DNA of 64,000 nt from Candidatus Latescibacterota bacterium (GTDB lineage: Bacteria; Latescibacterota; UBA2968). Positions 40,508-50,622 of this stretch are shown here, piece after piece (within the stretch, counting starts at the first letter, position 1; each line of letters begins with the position of its first letter). The notes below the pieces were generated by a model that worked only from the letters and a program-made list of their open reading frames with translations, did no database searches and was not told the origin of the DNA. The stretch is taken from contig OZ240241.1 of NCBI GenBank assembly GCA_965198115.1, forward strand, positions 2,112,001 through 2,176,000, read 5' to 3'. The position numbers and the translations under genes were made by a program.

Positions 40508-41853
40508 GAGTTCAGGTCAATAGGTGTGTAAAAGAAATCAGGCGGCCATCTTCCCGGCTTCGACCTGCGGTCCGGTTGAGTGTTTCTGATCGTAGACTTG
40601 TTGTAGCAAGTGTGGCGCGGTGAGTTTCCTGAATCGGCTCTCTGCGACCTTGAGCGTACGCCAGATGAGAGTCGTGGCGTTCCTGACTTTCTTGAATCGC
40701 CTGGCGGCGTTTGTGCGAAGCCGAACGGAAGCAAAGGGGCTCTCGACGACGTTCGTGGTTCTCAGGTGTTTCCAGTGTTCCTTCGGGAAGTCGTAGAACG
40801 TGACCATCCGATCCCAGTCTCTTTCGAGCGTCTCCACGGCGGCAGGGAACTGTGAGCGATACCGTGCGGCAAAGCGTTTCCGGAGCTTCTCGGCCTCCTT
40901 TTTCGTGCCGGCATAGGGGATCTGGACGAGCAGTGCGCGGGCTTCAGCCTGTGCACGCTTGGCGACCTTGTCGAGCACGTTGAGGATCTTGTGGTTCCAG
41001 CACCGTTGTTGCCGGCTCTCTGGCCAGACCTGATCAACGGCCGCCCAGATGCCCATATTCCCGTCCGCGGCGATCAGGACAGGATGTTCGAGCCCGCGAT
41101 CCCGGAGATCCCGGAGCACCGTGAGCCAGGATTCTGTAGACTCTCGATAACCGGGTTCTATCGCCAGGATCTCCTTGCTGCCGTCGCTCATCGCGCCGAT
41201 CACGACCAGCAGACACGCCTTCTCGCGCTCGAGCCCGGCTTTGACGTAGATGCCATCAGCCCAGGCGTAGACCAGTTCGCGATTATCCAGACGCCTTTCT
41301 TTCCAGTCCTGGAAGTCGACCTCCCACTTCCCTCGAAGACGAGCGATCGAGGTCGGCGAAAGCGGCGCGCCATCACCGAGCAGCGCACGCAAAGACAACT
41401 CGAAGTCGCCCTGGGAGAGACCGTGGAGATAAAGGTCGGGAAGCAGATCTCCAATGGCCCTGGTTCTCCGGGCGAACAGGGGGAGGATGCGGCTTTCAAA
41501 CCGCTCTTCCAGACCACGAACCCGGGGACGCCGGACCTTGATCGTTCCGCAGCTCGTCGAGAGACGCCGGGGCTTGCCGTAGCCGTTCCTGTAGCCCGTG
41601 GAGCTATCGACCTCGGCTCGGCGCTCATACCACGACCGGCCCAAGAACGCGGTCGCCTCCTCCTCCAGAATGGACTGGAACCGGCTCTGGATCTCTTCAC
41701 GGATCCAATCGTCAACCGTCTCCCACGTCGGCATGGACTTCAATGGGGTTCTATGCGTATGTTCCTTCACGGCGATCCTCCTTCCCAACCGGGCCTCTCA
41801 CCCGGTTTTGTGTGAATCAACTATCTCACGGGAAGGGTAGGGTCGCCCTTTCT
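40508..41853 (-). mobile_element. IS256-family element A, left end disrupted
   Basis: End GAGTTCAGGTCAATAGGTGTG resembles the intact opposite end of the copy at 63683 (GAGCTATAATCAAAAGGTGTG). Identity with that copy stops near 41853. Confidence 0.85.
40538..41770 (-). CDS. IS256 (Mutator-type) transposase
   Basis: YRNGY, WADGIY, ADG, QRCWNH and RTTNVVES motifs. Confidence 0.92.
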   Translation of the reverse strand: MKEHTHRTPLKSMPTWETVDDWIREEIQSRFQSILEEEATAFLGRSWYERRAEVDSSTGYRNGYGKPRRLSTSCGTIKVRRPRVRGLEERFESRILPLFARRTRAIGDLLPDLYLHGLSQGDFELSLRALLGDGAPLSPTSIARLRGKWEVDFQDWKERRLDNRELVYAWADGIYVKAGLEREKACLLVVIGAMSDGSKEILAIEPGYRESTESWLTVLRDLRDRGLEHPVLIAADGNMGIWAAVDQVWPESRQQRCWNHKILNVLDKVAKRAQAEARALLVQIPYAGTKKEAEKLRKRFAARYRSQFPAAVETLERDWDRMVTFYDFPKEHWKHLRTTNVVESPFASVRLRTNAARRFKKVRNATTLIWRTLKVAESRFRKLTAPHLLQQVYDQKHSTGPQVEAGKMAA

Positions 41854-41855
41854 AT

Positions 41856-43243
41856 GGTGTTGTGCCTATCGTAGTTGAAACTTAGAGGGCTCCAAACTTA
41901 CGTTGGGTAGACGTGTAGGAGCGTATACCCGTAAGAAAGGAGCCCAGATGGAGAAGCTATTTGTAGGCGATGGTGAAGTCAAGGTTGAGGGCGATGTCAT
42001 CGATTTGGAGACGCGTTTGTCGGTGATCCAGGCGTTGATCCCGTTGGGTCTGGAGGCAGTGGCAGACCTCCTCCAGCAGGAGGTCGAGCAGCTCGCAGGC
42101 GTTCGGTATGCGCGCAAAGGTTCGGAGCAGGCGCATCGTCGGTGGGGAAGCCAGAAGGGATCCGTGTATCTGATGGACCAGAAGCTCCCGTTAGACGTTC
42201 CCCGGGTGCGCGACGTCGAGACCGACGCAGAGGTTTCCCTGGCTGCATACCGGGCTCTACAGACGCCCAAGAAGACGGACGAGGGGCTGTTGCTTCGTGT
42301 TCTCAAGGGGATCTCGTGCCGCAACTACAAGGCCTGTGCCGAATCGGTTCCAGAAGCGTTTGGTATCTCAGCGTCCTCCGTCTCGCGGCGGTTCATCAAA
42401 GCCACCGCGAAGAAGCGGAAGCAGTTCCAGGAGCGTCCCCTCGACGACTACGGCTTCGTGACCCTGTTCATTGACGGAAAGAGCTTTGCCGACGAAGAGA
42501 TCGTGATCGCTCCGGGGGTCACGATGGACGGCCAGAAGATCCCCCTGGGCTTCGTCGAATCGGCGACGGAGAACGAACGGATCTGCCGCCAGCTGATCCA
42601 GGACCTCATCCGGAGAGGCCTGTGCTACGACCAGGGCCTTCTCGTTGTGCTTGACGGCTCAAAGGGACTCCGCAGTGCTGTCACCAAAGCCCTCAAAGGG
42701 TATGTGCGCGTGCATCGCTGTCAGTGGCACAAGCGCGAGAATGTCGTCAGCTATCTCCCGGAGAGGGAACGTCCAAGAGTTCGACGGAAGCTCCAGAAAG
42801 CCTATGACTGCGACACCTACGAGGAGGCAAAGGCCGCACTCGAATCACTTAAACCCGAACTGAAGCTGATGAATCAGTCTGCCGTAACGAGCCTCGAGGA
42901 AGGCCTGGAGGAAACCCTGACCCTCCACCGGCTGGGTATGCTCCCATTCCTGAAACGAAGCTTCCGAACCACCAACTGCATCGAAGCCCTCAACAGCAGG
43001 ACCGGCGAGCTCACTCGGAAGGTCAGACGCTGGAACAACTCTCCCCAGAGACACAGATGGGTGGCTGCCGCACTCCTCGACATCGAACCTCGCCTGCGAC
43101 GCGTGAGCGGATACAAACATCTTCCCCTACTCAGGCAAGCACTGAACAAAAATCTGAATCTCGACAACGAACAGAATGCTCAAAAGAGAGCCTGACCAAA
43201 CTACGGGGCCCGATGAGTTTTCAACTGACTATGGGACTTGACC
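41856..43243 (+). mobile_element. IS256-family element B
   Basis: Imperfect IRs GGTGTTGTGCCTATCGTAGTTGAAA versus revcomp GGTCAAGTCCCATAGTCAGTTGAAA. No clean TSD seen. Confidence 0.8.
41948..43195 (+). CDS. IS256-family transposase
   Basis: FIDGK, VLDGSKGL, HRCQWHK and RTTNCIE motifs. Confidence 0.9.
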   Translation: MEKLFVGDGEVKVEGDVIDLETRLSVIQALIPLGLEAVADLLQQEVEQLAGVRYARKGSEQAHRRWGSQKGSVYLMDQKLPLDVPRVRDVETDAEVSLAAYRALQTPKKTDEGLLLRVLKGISCRNYKACAESVPEAFGISASSVSRRFIKATAKKRKQFQERPLDDYGFVTLFIDGKSFADEEIVIAPGVTMDGQKIPLGFVESATENERICRQLIQDLIRRGLCYDQGLLVVLDGSKGLRSAVTKALKGYVRVHRCQWHKRENVVSYLPERERPRVRRKLQKAYDCDTYEEAKAALESLKPELKLMNQSAVTSLEEGLEETLTLHRLGMLPFLKRSFRTTNCIEALNSRTGELTRKVRRWNNSPQRHRWVAAALLDIEPRLRRVSGYKHLPLLRQALNKNLNLDNEQNAQKRA

Positions 43244-43253
43244 TTTTTCACAC

Positions 43254-43890
43254 AGTCATGACCTCCGGCAAAGCCGGAGGCGTGAAAACTTGTGAACCGC
43301 TCAAAGCGGTTGGAAACCAAGCGCCACCTAAAGGTGGCGATTACCTGAAAATGTTGAGCTGGTCGAGACGCCGGTCCTCCCGCTCCTGGTTCTGGATATA
43401 CTCCCGAACCGTCTGTTCATCCTTGCCAACGGTGGAGACCCAGTAGCCTCTTGCCCAGAAATGCTGCCCGGTGAAGTTCGACCTGCGTCCCAGATAGTTC
43501 CGAGCAATGTGAATCGCACTCTTTCCTTTGATGAACCCTACCGTCTGAGCTACTGAGTGCTTCGGCGGGATCGAAATCAACGTGTGCACATGGTCGGATC
43601 GCAGGTGACCCTCTTCCACACGGCATTCCTTCTGTGCGGCCAGATCCCGAATCACCTCCCAGATAGCGACGAATTTCACCATACAACACTTTTCTACGAT
43701 ACTTCCGAACCCAAACAACGTCATACTTGCACTCCCATACCGTGTGACGTAGACTCCTTACGTTGTTCATTAGAGAGCCTTCCTTCCGTGTGCTTTGAGC
43801 GGTCCACGGCAAGGGAGGCTCTTACATATTTCTGGAACTGTCAAACTCTGGGAGTCTCCCCGGCAGAGCCGGGGGCTTACCAAGGTTTAG
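43254..43890 (-). mobile_element. IS200/IS605-family element (tnpA only)
   Basis: Subterminal hairpins CCTCCGGC-AAA-GCCGGAGG (43262-43280) and CCCCCGGC-AGA-GCCGGGGG (about 43858-43876). Ends approximate. Confidence 0.8.
43341..43770 (-). pseudogene. tnpA: IS200 TnpA (HUH Y1 transposase), frameshifted near 43660
   Basis: HTVWECKY...KYRRKVL in one frame, DHVH, KGKSA, FWARGY and YIQNQ in another. Confidence 0.85.
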
Positions 43891-44151
43891 TTAGGCTATC
43901 AGGCATCCGAGAAAATCTTGGCCGTCCTGAAGTTCGAAGGCATTCGAGGCAAGGAGGGCATTAGTCTCGGGATCCAGAACAGCAGCGATGTCAAGAGAAT
44001 CACTTACATCAGTCCCTCCATCTCGTTAGGTCCCTTCGATGGAGCACGTGTCGAGACCGGTGTCCGAATCTCCATCAACGGCCAGAACTTCCCCGCCGGC
44101 CCGGTCTGGACCATCGGTCTCACCTATCAAGGCAACCTGCCAGGAATTTGA
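43891..44151 (+). pseudogene. 3' fragment of a probable beta-barrel protein, truncated at the IS200 end
   Basis: Open frame with alternating beta-strand pattern (ITYISPSISLG, VETGVRISING, WTIGLTYQG) beginning at the IS boundary. Confidence 0.4.
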
Positions 44152-44326
44152 CTTCCCCTCCAATCTCTTGAGTACTACCCGTCATCGCTTAAGTTGGCGT
44201 TGCCTGCTTTTTCCCGAATATTGCCCCAGAGTTTAGAGCCAGAATGAAAAGCGCCCAGGTGCAAAGCACGAGGGCGAGCGCGAAATGTGCGTGGCGCTCG
44301 CCTAGCTGCCTTCAGGAACACTTCAA

Positions 44327-45334
44327 ATGCGTGTCATCTACACCGATCGCCATCGCGACCACGACCCGCCGCACCAGTTCAACGTCGACCATCTCGGGAG
44401 CTATTCGGAATCGCCCGCCCGAGCGAACGCGATCGTCGGCGCGCTGAGATCGGCATCGAAATTCGACGTCGAGCCGCCTCAAGACTACGACATCGAATCC
44501 CTGCATACGGTCCACGACCCGGGTTATGTGTCGTTCTTACAATGCGTCTGGCGTGTTTGGACCGAGCGGGGCAAGACGTCGCCCCTGATCCCCTACACCT
44601 ACGGACATCGATACAGCACCCACATTCCAGCCGACATCGTCCACCAGGCGGGATATTACTGTTTCGATCCACAGACTCCGATCGTGGGAGGCACGTTCGA
44701 TGCCGCCTGGGCGAGCGCGCGGTGCGCACTGACGGCAGCCGATCTCGTGCTTTCTGGAGACGCGGTAGCTTACGCCCTGTGCCGTCCGCCCGGACATCAC
44801 GCCGGCCGCGACGTGTATGGAGGCTACTGTTACCTCAACAACGCTGCGCTTGCCGCTCGACGACAAGGTTCGCGCGTGGCCGTCCTGGACATCGACTACC
44901 ACCACGGGAACGGGACGCAGTCGATCTTCTATGCCGATCCGGATGTCTTTACCGTGTCGATACACGCCGATCCCGACAGGGAATACCCCTTCTACACCGG
45001 TGCCGAATCGGAGATCGGTACCGGCCGAGGGATCGGAACCAACCTAAACTTCGCGCTGCCTTCCGGCGTTGACGACGCCGCCTACCTGGCCACCCTCCAG
45101 CGAGCCCTCGACGCACTCGATCGGTTCGACCCGAGCGTCCTGATCGTTTCAGCCGGGTTTGACATCTACGCGGGAGATCCCCTGGGGGACTTTTGCGTGA
45201 GCCTCGACGGCTTGGGCCGGATCGGGAGCACCATCGATGCCTTCGGGCGGCCGATGGTGATCCTACAGGAGGGGGGCTACCACTCGGAGGACCTCGGCCG
45301 ATGCGCCGAGTGTTTTCTCCAGGCGATGGGCTGA
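44327..45334 (+). CDS. Histone deacetylase family protein (acetylpolyamine amidohydrolase-like)
   Basis: RPPGHHA, GGYCYLNN, DIDYHHGNGTQ, SAGFD and QEGGY motifs. Confidence 0.9.
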   Translation: MRVIYTDRHRDHDPPHQFNVDHLGSYSESPARANAIVGALRSASKFDVEPPQDYDIESLHTVHDPGYVSFLQCVWRVWTERGKTSPLIPYTYGHRYSTHIPADIVHQAGYYCFDPQTPIVGGTFDAAWASARCALTAADLVLSGDAVAYALCRPPGHHAGRDVYGGYCYLNNAALAARRQGSRVAVLDIDYHHGNGTQSIFYADPDVFTVSIHADPDREYPFYTGAESEIGTGRGIGTNLNFALPSGVDDAAYLATLQRALDALDRFDPSVLIVSAGFDIYAGDPLGDFCVSLDGLGRIGSTIDAFGRPMVILQEGGYHSEDLGRCAECFLQAMG

Positions 45335-45542
45335 ACGGCGAAACCCGCTACGGGTCAACTGCGTCAAGGTTATTGATAGAAACCAGGGAGCAATCGATCG
45401 TGTTAGAGAACGCGTCATTCACCATCGGGGAAACCTTCTACCGCTCCAGTGTCAACCGGTCCGTTCCAGGGGAGAAGTATGCCCGGACCGGAACGGACGA
45501 TCGATCCTTGACTTGACCTAACCCATTTTTTTGCAAAATGTT

Positions 45543-45577
45543 AAGGCCGCGAGGTTGTCCTCGCGGCCTTTTGTTTT
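45543..45577 (+). terminator. Intrinsic terminator directly upstream of the ABC-F gene
   Basis: AAGGCCGCGAGG-TTGT-CCTCGCGGCCTT followed by TTGTTTT. Confidence 0.75.
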
Positions 45578-46353
45578 GAGGAATGTGCCGTGACCTTACT
45601 CGACATCAACCGCATCTCGAAATCCTATGGACCGATCGAGGTTCTGGACAACATCAGCTTCAAAGTCCAGCGAGGGCAAAACGTGGGGCTCATCGGAGCC
45701 AACGGCTGCGGGAAGTCCACCCTCCTCAAGATCATCGTCGGAGAAATCGAGGCATCTTCAGGCGTCGTCTCGACGCCCTCGGGCACACGGATCGGCTACG
45801 TTTCACAACACCTTCAGGCGGACCCGGATTCGACGGTCCTGACCGAGGTGAGGCGCGCATTCGGGCCGTTGCTCGAGCTCGAATCGCGGCTGGAGCGTGC
45901 AGAGATCTCGCTCAACGATCCGAGCACCGCGTCCGATCCTAACGCCTTGGAAAAGGCGGTGCAAGCCTTTGGCGACTTGCAGGAGCAGTTCCAGCAAGCT
46001 GGGGGCTACGAGATGGACGCGCGGGTCGACGCCGTCATCGACGGCCTCGGACTGACCGAGAGACGCGACCAGACGCTCGGTACGCTCAGCGGTGGAGAGA
46101 AGAACATCGTGGCGCTCGCCCGAACCCTGCTCGAGACCCCGGATCTTCTCCTGCTGGACGAACCGGCCAACCACCTCGACTTCGAGGGTCTTGCGTGGCT
46201 GGAGGGCTTTCTGCAAACGTATGACCGTACGGTGCTGCTCGTTTCACACAACCGATATCTCCTCGACCGAACAGTCACTCGCATCGTCGAAATCGAGAGC
46301 CGTCGAATCGCCGAGTACGAGGGAAACTATTCGAGCTACCGAGCCCAGAAAAT

Positions 46354-47773
46354 GGCTCTATCCGGGTTTCTCAACGGTGAAACTATAGAATGACAAGGTC
46401 ATAGATCGTTCCCTACGCTTGGTTGTGTGTGTAGGACAATCAAAGCGAAGGGGGTGCGACCTATGACCGGGAGCAGATTACTATCGAAACTGCTGAGATT
46501 CAAGGGGGTCCGTGTTGTCAGCTGGTGGTTTGAGGGGAGAAGCTGCTTCGTCATCGCCGTAAAGCCACATAAGAATGGTTGTTGTTGTCCGGAGTGCGGC
46601 CGTCGAGGTAAAATCGTCCGCACAATGCCCCATCCGCGTCGGTGGCGTGACATTCCGGTGTGCGGGTGGAGGGTCTGGCTTCTCTACCATCCTCGGGAGA
46701 TTCGGTGTCCTACCCACGGTCGTGTGGTCGAGGAGATTCCGTGGGCGGAGCGGTTCTCTCGGGTGACGTATCGCTTCGAGTATGCCATGCTGCGCTACTG
46801 CCAGACCATGACGCAGAAGGCGGCGTCCGAGTTACTGCGCATCTCTGCCTCGACGCTGTCGGATCTCCTTCACCGATCCATCACGCGGCTTCGTGAAGGT
46901 CATCGTATCCGAGGGCTCAAAACCATCGGGATCGACGAGATCTCCTACGCCAAGCGTCACAGGTACGCCACGCTCGTTTACGATCTGGACCGCTCCTGCG
47001 TGGTGTGGGTTGGCCGCGGCAGGGCGCGTAAAACGATCGATCGGTTCTTCACAGAGGCTCTCAGTCCCTACCAGAGATCCAAGATCGAGTGGGCCTGCTG
47101 CGACATGAGCGAAGCTTACATCGGAGCCATCCAGGAACACTGTCCGAATGCCAAGCTGGTCCTCGATCGCTTTCACATCGTCAAGGCTCTCAATGCCGCC
47201 GTTGACGAGGTCCGTAAGGACCAGTGGCGTGAAGCTGCCCCGGATGAGCGCAAAGCCATGAAGGGCCTCCGATGGCTCCTCTACCGGCACTCAGCGACAC
47301 GCTCCAGAGGGGATACTCGGACACTCAAAGCACTGGAGAAGGCGAACTACCGAATCTATAGAGCCTGGAGACTCAAGGACGAGTTCGAGCAGTTCTGGGA
47401 ATACAAAGCGCCCTGGGCTGCCGAACGCTTCCTGAAATGCTGGACGACGTCCGCACTCAGAAGTCGACTTGAACCCCTGCGAAAGTTCGTCAGGACCCTG
47501 CGACAGCACTTCTTCGGCGTCCTCGCATTCGTGAACACGCGTCTTACCAACGCCATCGCCGAAGGCCTCAACCGAATCGTCCAAATCGTCAAGAACCGAG
47601 CCAGCGGATTCCGCACACTCGACGCATTCAACGATATGATCTTCCTTACCGTCGGAGACATAAACATCCCTGAGCAGATTCCGAAGAGGTTCCGCACACG
47701 CTAACCGCGCCCCCATGCCAGGAACCACGGCACCTTCACCCACTTCAGCTCGTTGAGAGATCCGGATATAGCC
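46354..47773 (+). mobile_element. ISL3-family element, copy 2 (1420 bp)
   Basis: Same IRs as copy 1 and 8-bp TSD CAGAAAAT (46346-46353, 47774-47781). Confidence 0.96.
46463..47704 (+). CDS. ISL3 transposase
   Basis: Near-identical to copy 1. Confidence 0.95.
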   Translation: MTGSRLLSKLLRFKGVRVVSWWFEGRSCFVIAVKPHKNGCCCPECGRRGKIVRTMPHPRRWRDIPVCGWRVWLLYHPREIRCPTHGRVVEEIPWAERFSRVTYRFEYAMLRYCQTMTQKAASELLRISASTLSDLLHRSITRLREGHRIRGLKTIGIDEISYAKRHRYATLVYDLDRSCVVWVGRGRARKTIDRFFTEALSPYQRSKIEWACCDMSEAYIGAIQEHCPNAKLVLDRFHIVKALNAAVDEVRKDQWREAAPDERKAMKGLRWLLYRHSATRSRGDTRTLKALEKANYRIYRAWRLKDEFEQFWEYKAPWAAERFLKCWTTSALRSRLEPLRKFVRTLRQHFFGVLAFVNTRLTNAIAEGLNRIVQIVKNRASGFRTLDAFNDMIFLTVGDINIPEQIPKRFRTR

Positions 47774-48873
47774 CAGAAAATGCGGGCACTGATCAAGCAG
47801 AAGCAGGCCTACGAGGATCAGCAGAAGGAGATTCGCCGACTGGAGGATATGATTCGCAGGTTCGAACACTGGGCGCACATCGTCGACAACCCGCGACACG
47901 CACGTCAAGCGCGAAACAAGCAGAAGTTTCTGGACCGAATGGATAAAATCGATCGTCCGACGCTCGATGGGGGCAAGATCGACCCACGCTTCACGATCGA
48001 TCAGCGGCAGGGAAGAATCGCCCTCGAGATTCGAAACTGTACCGTCGGCTATCCCGGACAGGCCCCGCTGCTGGACCGCGTCGGTCTCGACCTCGCCTAT
48101 GGCGACCGAGTCGCCCTGATCGGCGCCAACGGAACCGGCAAGTCCACCCTCTTCAAGCGGATCGTGACCGAAGCCGCTTGGGAGAACACCACGCTTCGAA
48201 TCGGACCCAGGACCCGCGTCGGCTACTATGCTCAAGAGCACGAAACGCTGAATTTCGACCGCTCCGTGCTCGAAGAGATTCAATTGGCCGGCAACTTCTC
48301 ACGCGATTCGGCTTTCACTGTCCTCTCACGATTCCTGTTTGAGTGGCGGGATATGGATCGTAAGATTTCTGAGTTGAGCGGCGGCGAAAAGAGCCGCGTC
48401 CAGCTGGCGAAGCTTTCAGTCATGAACGTCAACCTGCTGCTCCTGGACGAACCCACGAACCATCTGGACGTTCACGCAAGGGAACGCGTGGAAGAGGCCC
48501 TCGAAGCCTTCGAGAGAACCCTCTTCGTCATCTCTCACGATCGGTACTTTCTCGATCGTATCGTCGACCGTATCGTCGAGATTCAGCCACCCCACTTCGT
48601 CGAGTTCGCCGGTAACTTCAGTGCCTATTGGGAAAGACACCGGACAGATAGGCCGGGGCAAGACCGTCAGCTCCCGTCAGATGTCGATGGACGGACCGAC
48701 GAGGTCGAGCGACAGGTCGATGCACTCGAGGCCGAACGCCTTATCCTCGAATCACAGTTGGTCGAAGCCTTTCGTAAGGCAAATTACAGACGAGGCGAAC
48801 AGCTCAGCAGAAAGGTTCGCCTGATCGAAGAGAGAATCGATTCCCTCGTCGCCCAGATCTAACGGACGACGAA

Positions 48874-50622
48874 TTGAACATCGCCTACCACCAATACCGT
48901 TCGGTCCTCGTCGAGCAACTCGGGCCACAAAAAGGACGTGTCGTCCTCCTCGCAGCCCTGATGTTCGCCAGCATCGCCGCTCAACTGATCAACCCCCAGA
49001 TCATCCGTCACTTCATCGATCTTACGCAGACCTCCGTAGAGCTTCGCCAGCTCATGAACGCGGCGGGCGCGTTTATCCTGATCGCGCTCGCACATCAGAC
49101 CCTCGAGACCGTCGCCACCTACGTGAGTGAAGTGATCAGCTGGACCTCCACGAACAGCCTGAGAGCGAAGCTCGTTCGTCACTGCCTGGGTCTGGACATG
49201 GCTTTTCACAACGACCACACACCCGGAGAGATGATCGAACGTGTCGATGGAGATGTGAACGCCCTCGGAAACTTCCTCTCGAGCTTCATCATACAGATTC
49301 TCGGTAACATCCTCCTCATGTTCGGAGTCCTGGCGATGCTGTTCCGGGAAGACTGGCGTGCGGGCGCCGCAATGCTGGCTGTGATCGTCGTGGCAATCAC
49401 CATCCTCGGCCTTCTTCGAAACATTGCAGTCCCCCACTGGGCAGCCTCTCGACAGGCAAGTGCAGATCTGTTCGGATTCCTTGAAGAACGGCTGGCCGGC
49501 ACCGAAGACATCAGGGCTTGCAACGGGAAGCTTTTCGTCCTCCGTCGATTCTACGAGCTCACAAGAGCGTGGTATAAACGAGAAGTCAAAGCCGCGCTCA
49601 TGATGAACATCGTCTTCAACACCTCTCTCCTGCTGCTCGTCATCGCCACTTCGGCGGCGCTTGCTACGGGCGCCTATCTTTATTTGGAGGGATCCCTGAC
49701 CATCGGGGGTGTCTATTTACTCGCGCACTACACGCATATGCTGGTCCAACCGGTCCAGCGACTGTCGAGCCAGCTGCAGGACCTGCAGCGAGCCGGCGCC
49801 AGCATCGGCCGAATCGGGGAACTTTTCGAGACTCGATCCTCGCTGGTCGAAGTCGGCGTCACGAAGCTTCCGGCAGGGCCGTTGAGCGTGACCCTCGAGC
49901 ACGTAGACTTCGGCTATCAGAAAGACGAACAGGTCCTCGACGGTGTGACCTTCGATCTGCCCGCAGGAACGACGCTCGGTGTCCTCGGCCGAACGGGAAG
50001 CGGCAAGACCACGATCTCGAGGCTCATCTCGAGACTCTACGATCCGTGGGCGGGTACGGTTCGCATCGGCGGCGTCGACGTGAAAGAGACCACGGCACCC
50101 GATCGAAGCGATCGTATCGCAGTCGTCACACAAAATGTCCAGATGTTTCAAGCGAGCATCCGTGACAACCTCACCCTCTTCGATCCTGCCATCGCGGATG
50201 ATCGGATTCACGAAACGCTGTCGCAGCTCGGATTGAGGACTTGGATGGAAACCCTTCCGGATGGACTCGACACCGTCGTCTCCTCCGGCGGCGAGGGTCT
50301 GTCCGCCGGACAGGGTCAGCTGCTCGCGTTCGCGAGAGTCCTCCTCCTCAAGACCCCGGACCTCGTCATCCTCGACGAGGCATCGTCGCGACTCGATCCC
50401 GCTACCGAGCAGCTCGTCGAGCAGAGCGTCGATCGTCTACTCGAGGGACGCACGTCCATCATCATCGCTCACCGCCTCTCCACTCTACAGCGGACGGACC
50501 GCGTGATGATCATCGACGAAGGGACGGTCGTCGAGCACGGGGACCGTGCCACGCTCGCGGCTGACGCTTCGAGTCGGTTCCATTCCCTCCTCAAGACAGG
50601 GCTCGAAGATGTCCTCGCCTGA
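48874..50622 (+). CDS. ABC exporter, fused permease/ATPase
   Basis: TM domain plus GRTGSGKTT, LSAGQ, LDEASS and IAHRLST. Confidence 0.93.
   Translation: MNIAYHQYRSVLVEQLGPQKGRVVLLAALMFASIAAQLINPQIIRHFIDLTQTSVELRQLMNAAGAFILIALAHQTLETVATYVSEVISWTSTNSLRAKLVRHCLGLDMAFHNDHTPGEMIERVDGDVNALGNFLSSFIIQILGNILLMFGVLAMLFREDWRAGAAMLAVIVVAITILGLLRNIAVPHWAASRQASADLFGFLEERLAGTEDIRACNGKLFVLRRFYELTRAWYKREVKAALMMNIVFNTSLLLLVIATSAALATGAYLYLEGSLTIGGVYLLAHYTHMLVQPVQRLSSQLQDLQRAGASIGRIGELFETRSSLVEVGVTKLPAGPLSVTLEHVDFGYQKDEQVLDGVTFDLPAGTTLGVLGRTGSGKTTISRLISRLYDPWAGTVRIGGVDVKETTAPDRSDRIAVVTQNVQMFQASIRDNLTLFDPAIADDRIHETLSQLGLRTWMETLPDGLDTVVSSGGEGLSAGQGQLLAFARVLLLKTPDLVILDEASSRLDPATEQLVEQSVDRLLEGRTSIIIAHRLSTLQRTDRVMIIDEGTVVEHGDRATLAADASSRFHSLLKTGLEDVLA

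Larger units (their letters stand above)
45590..48862 (+). pseudogene. ABC-F family ATPase interrupted by ISL3
   Basis: NBD1 (GANGCGKST, LSGGE, LDEPANHLD, SHNRY) and NBD2 (GANGTGKST, LSGGE, LDEPTNHLD), no TM segments. The frame is restored on IS removal. Confidence 0.92.

Noticed and set aside
43262-43890. TnpB/omega-RNA system associated with IS200
   Set aside because: The hairpins enclose only tnpA, leaving no room for tnpB.
45352-45518. 6S RNA, T-box or cobalamin riboswitch identity for the ABC-F leader
   Set aside because: Pairing is too asymmetric for 6S, and the T-box and B12-box consensus motifs are absent. Kept only as an unassigned structured leader.
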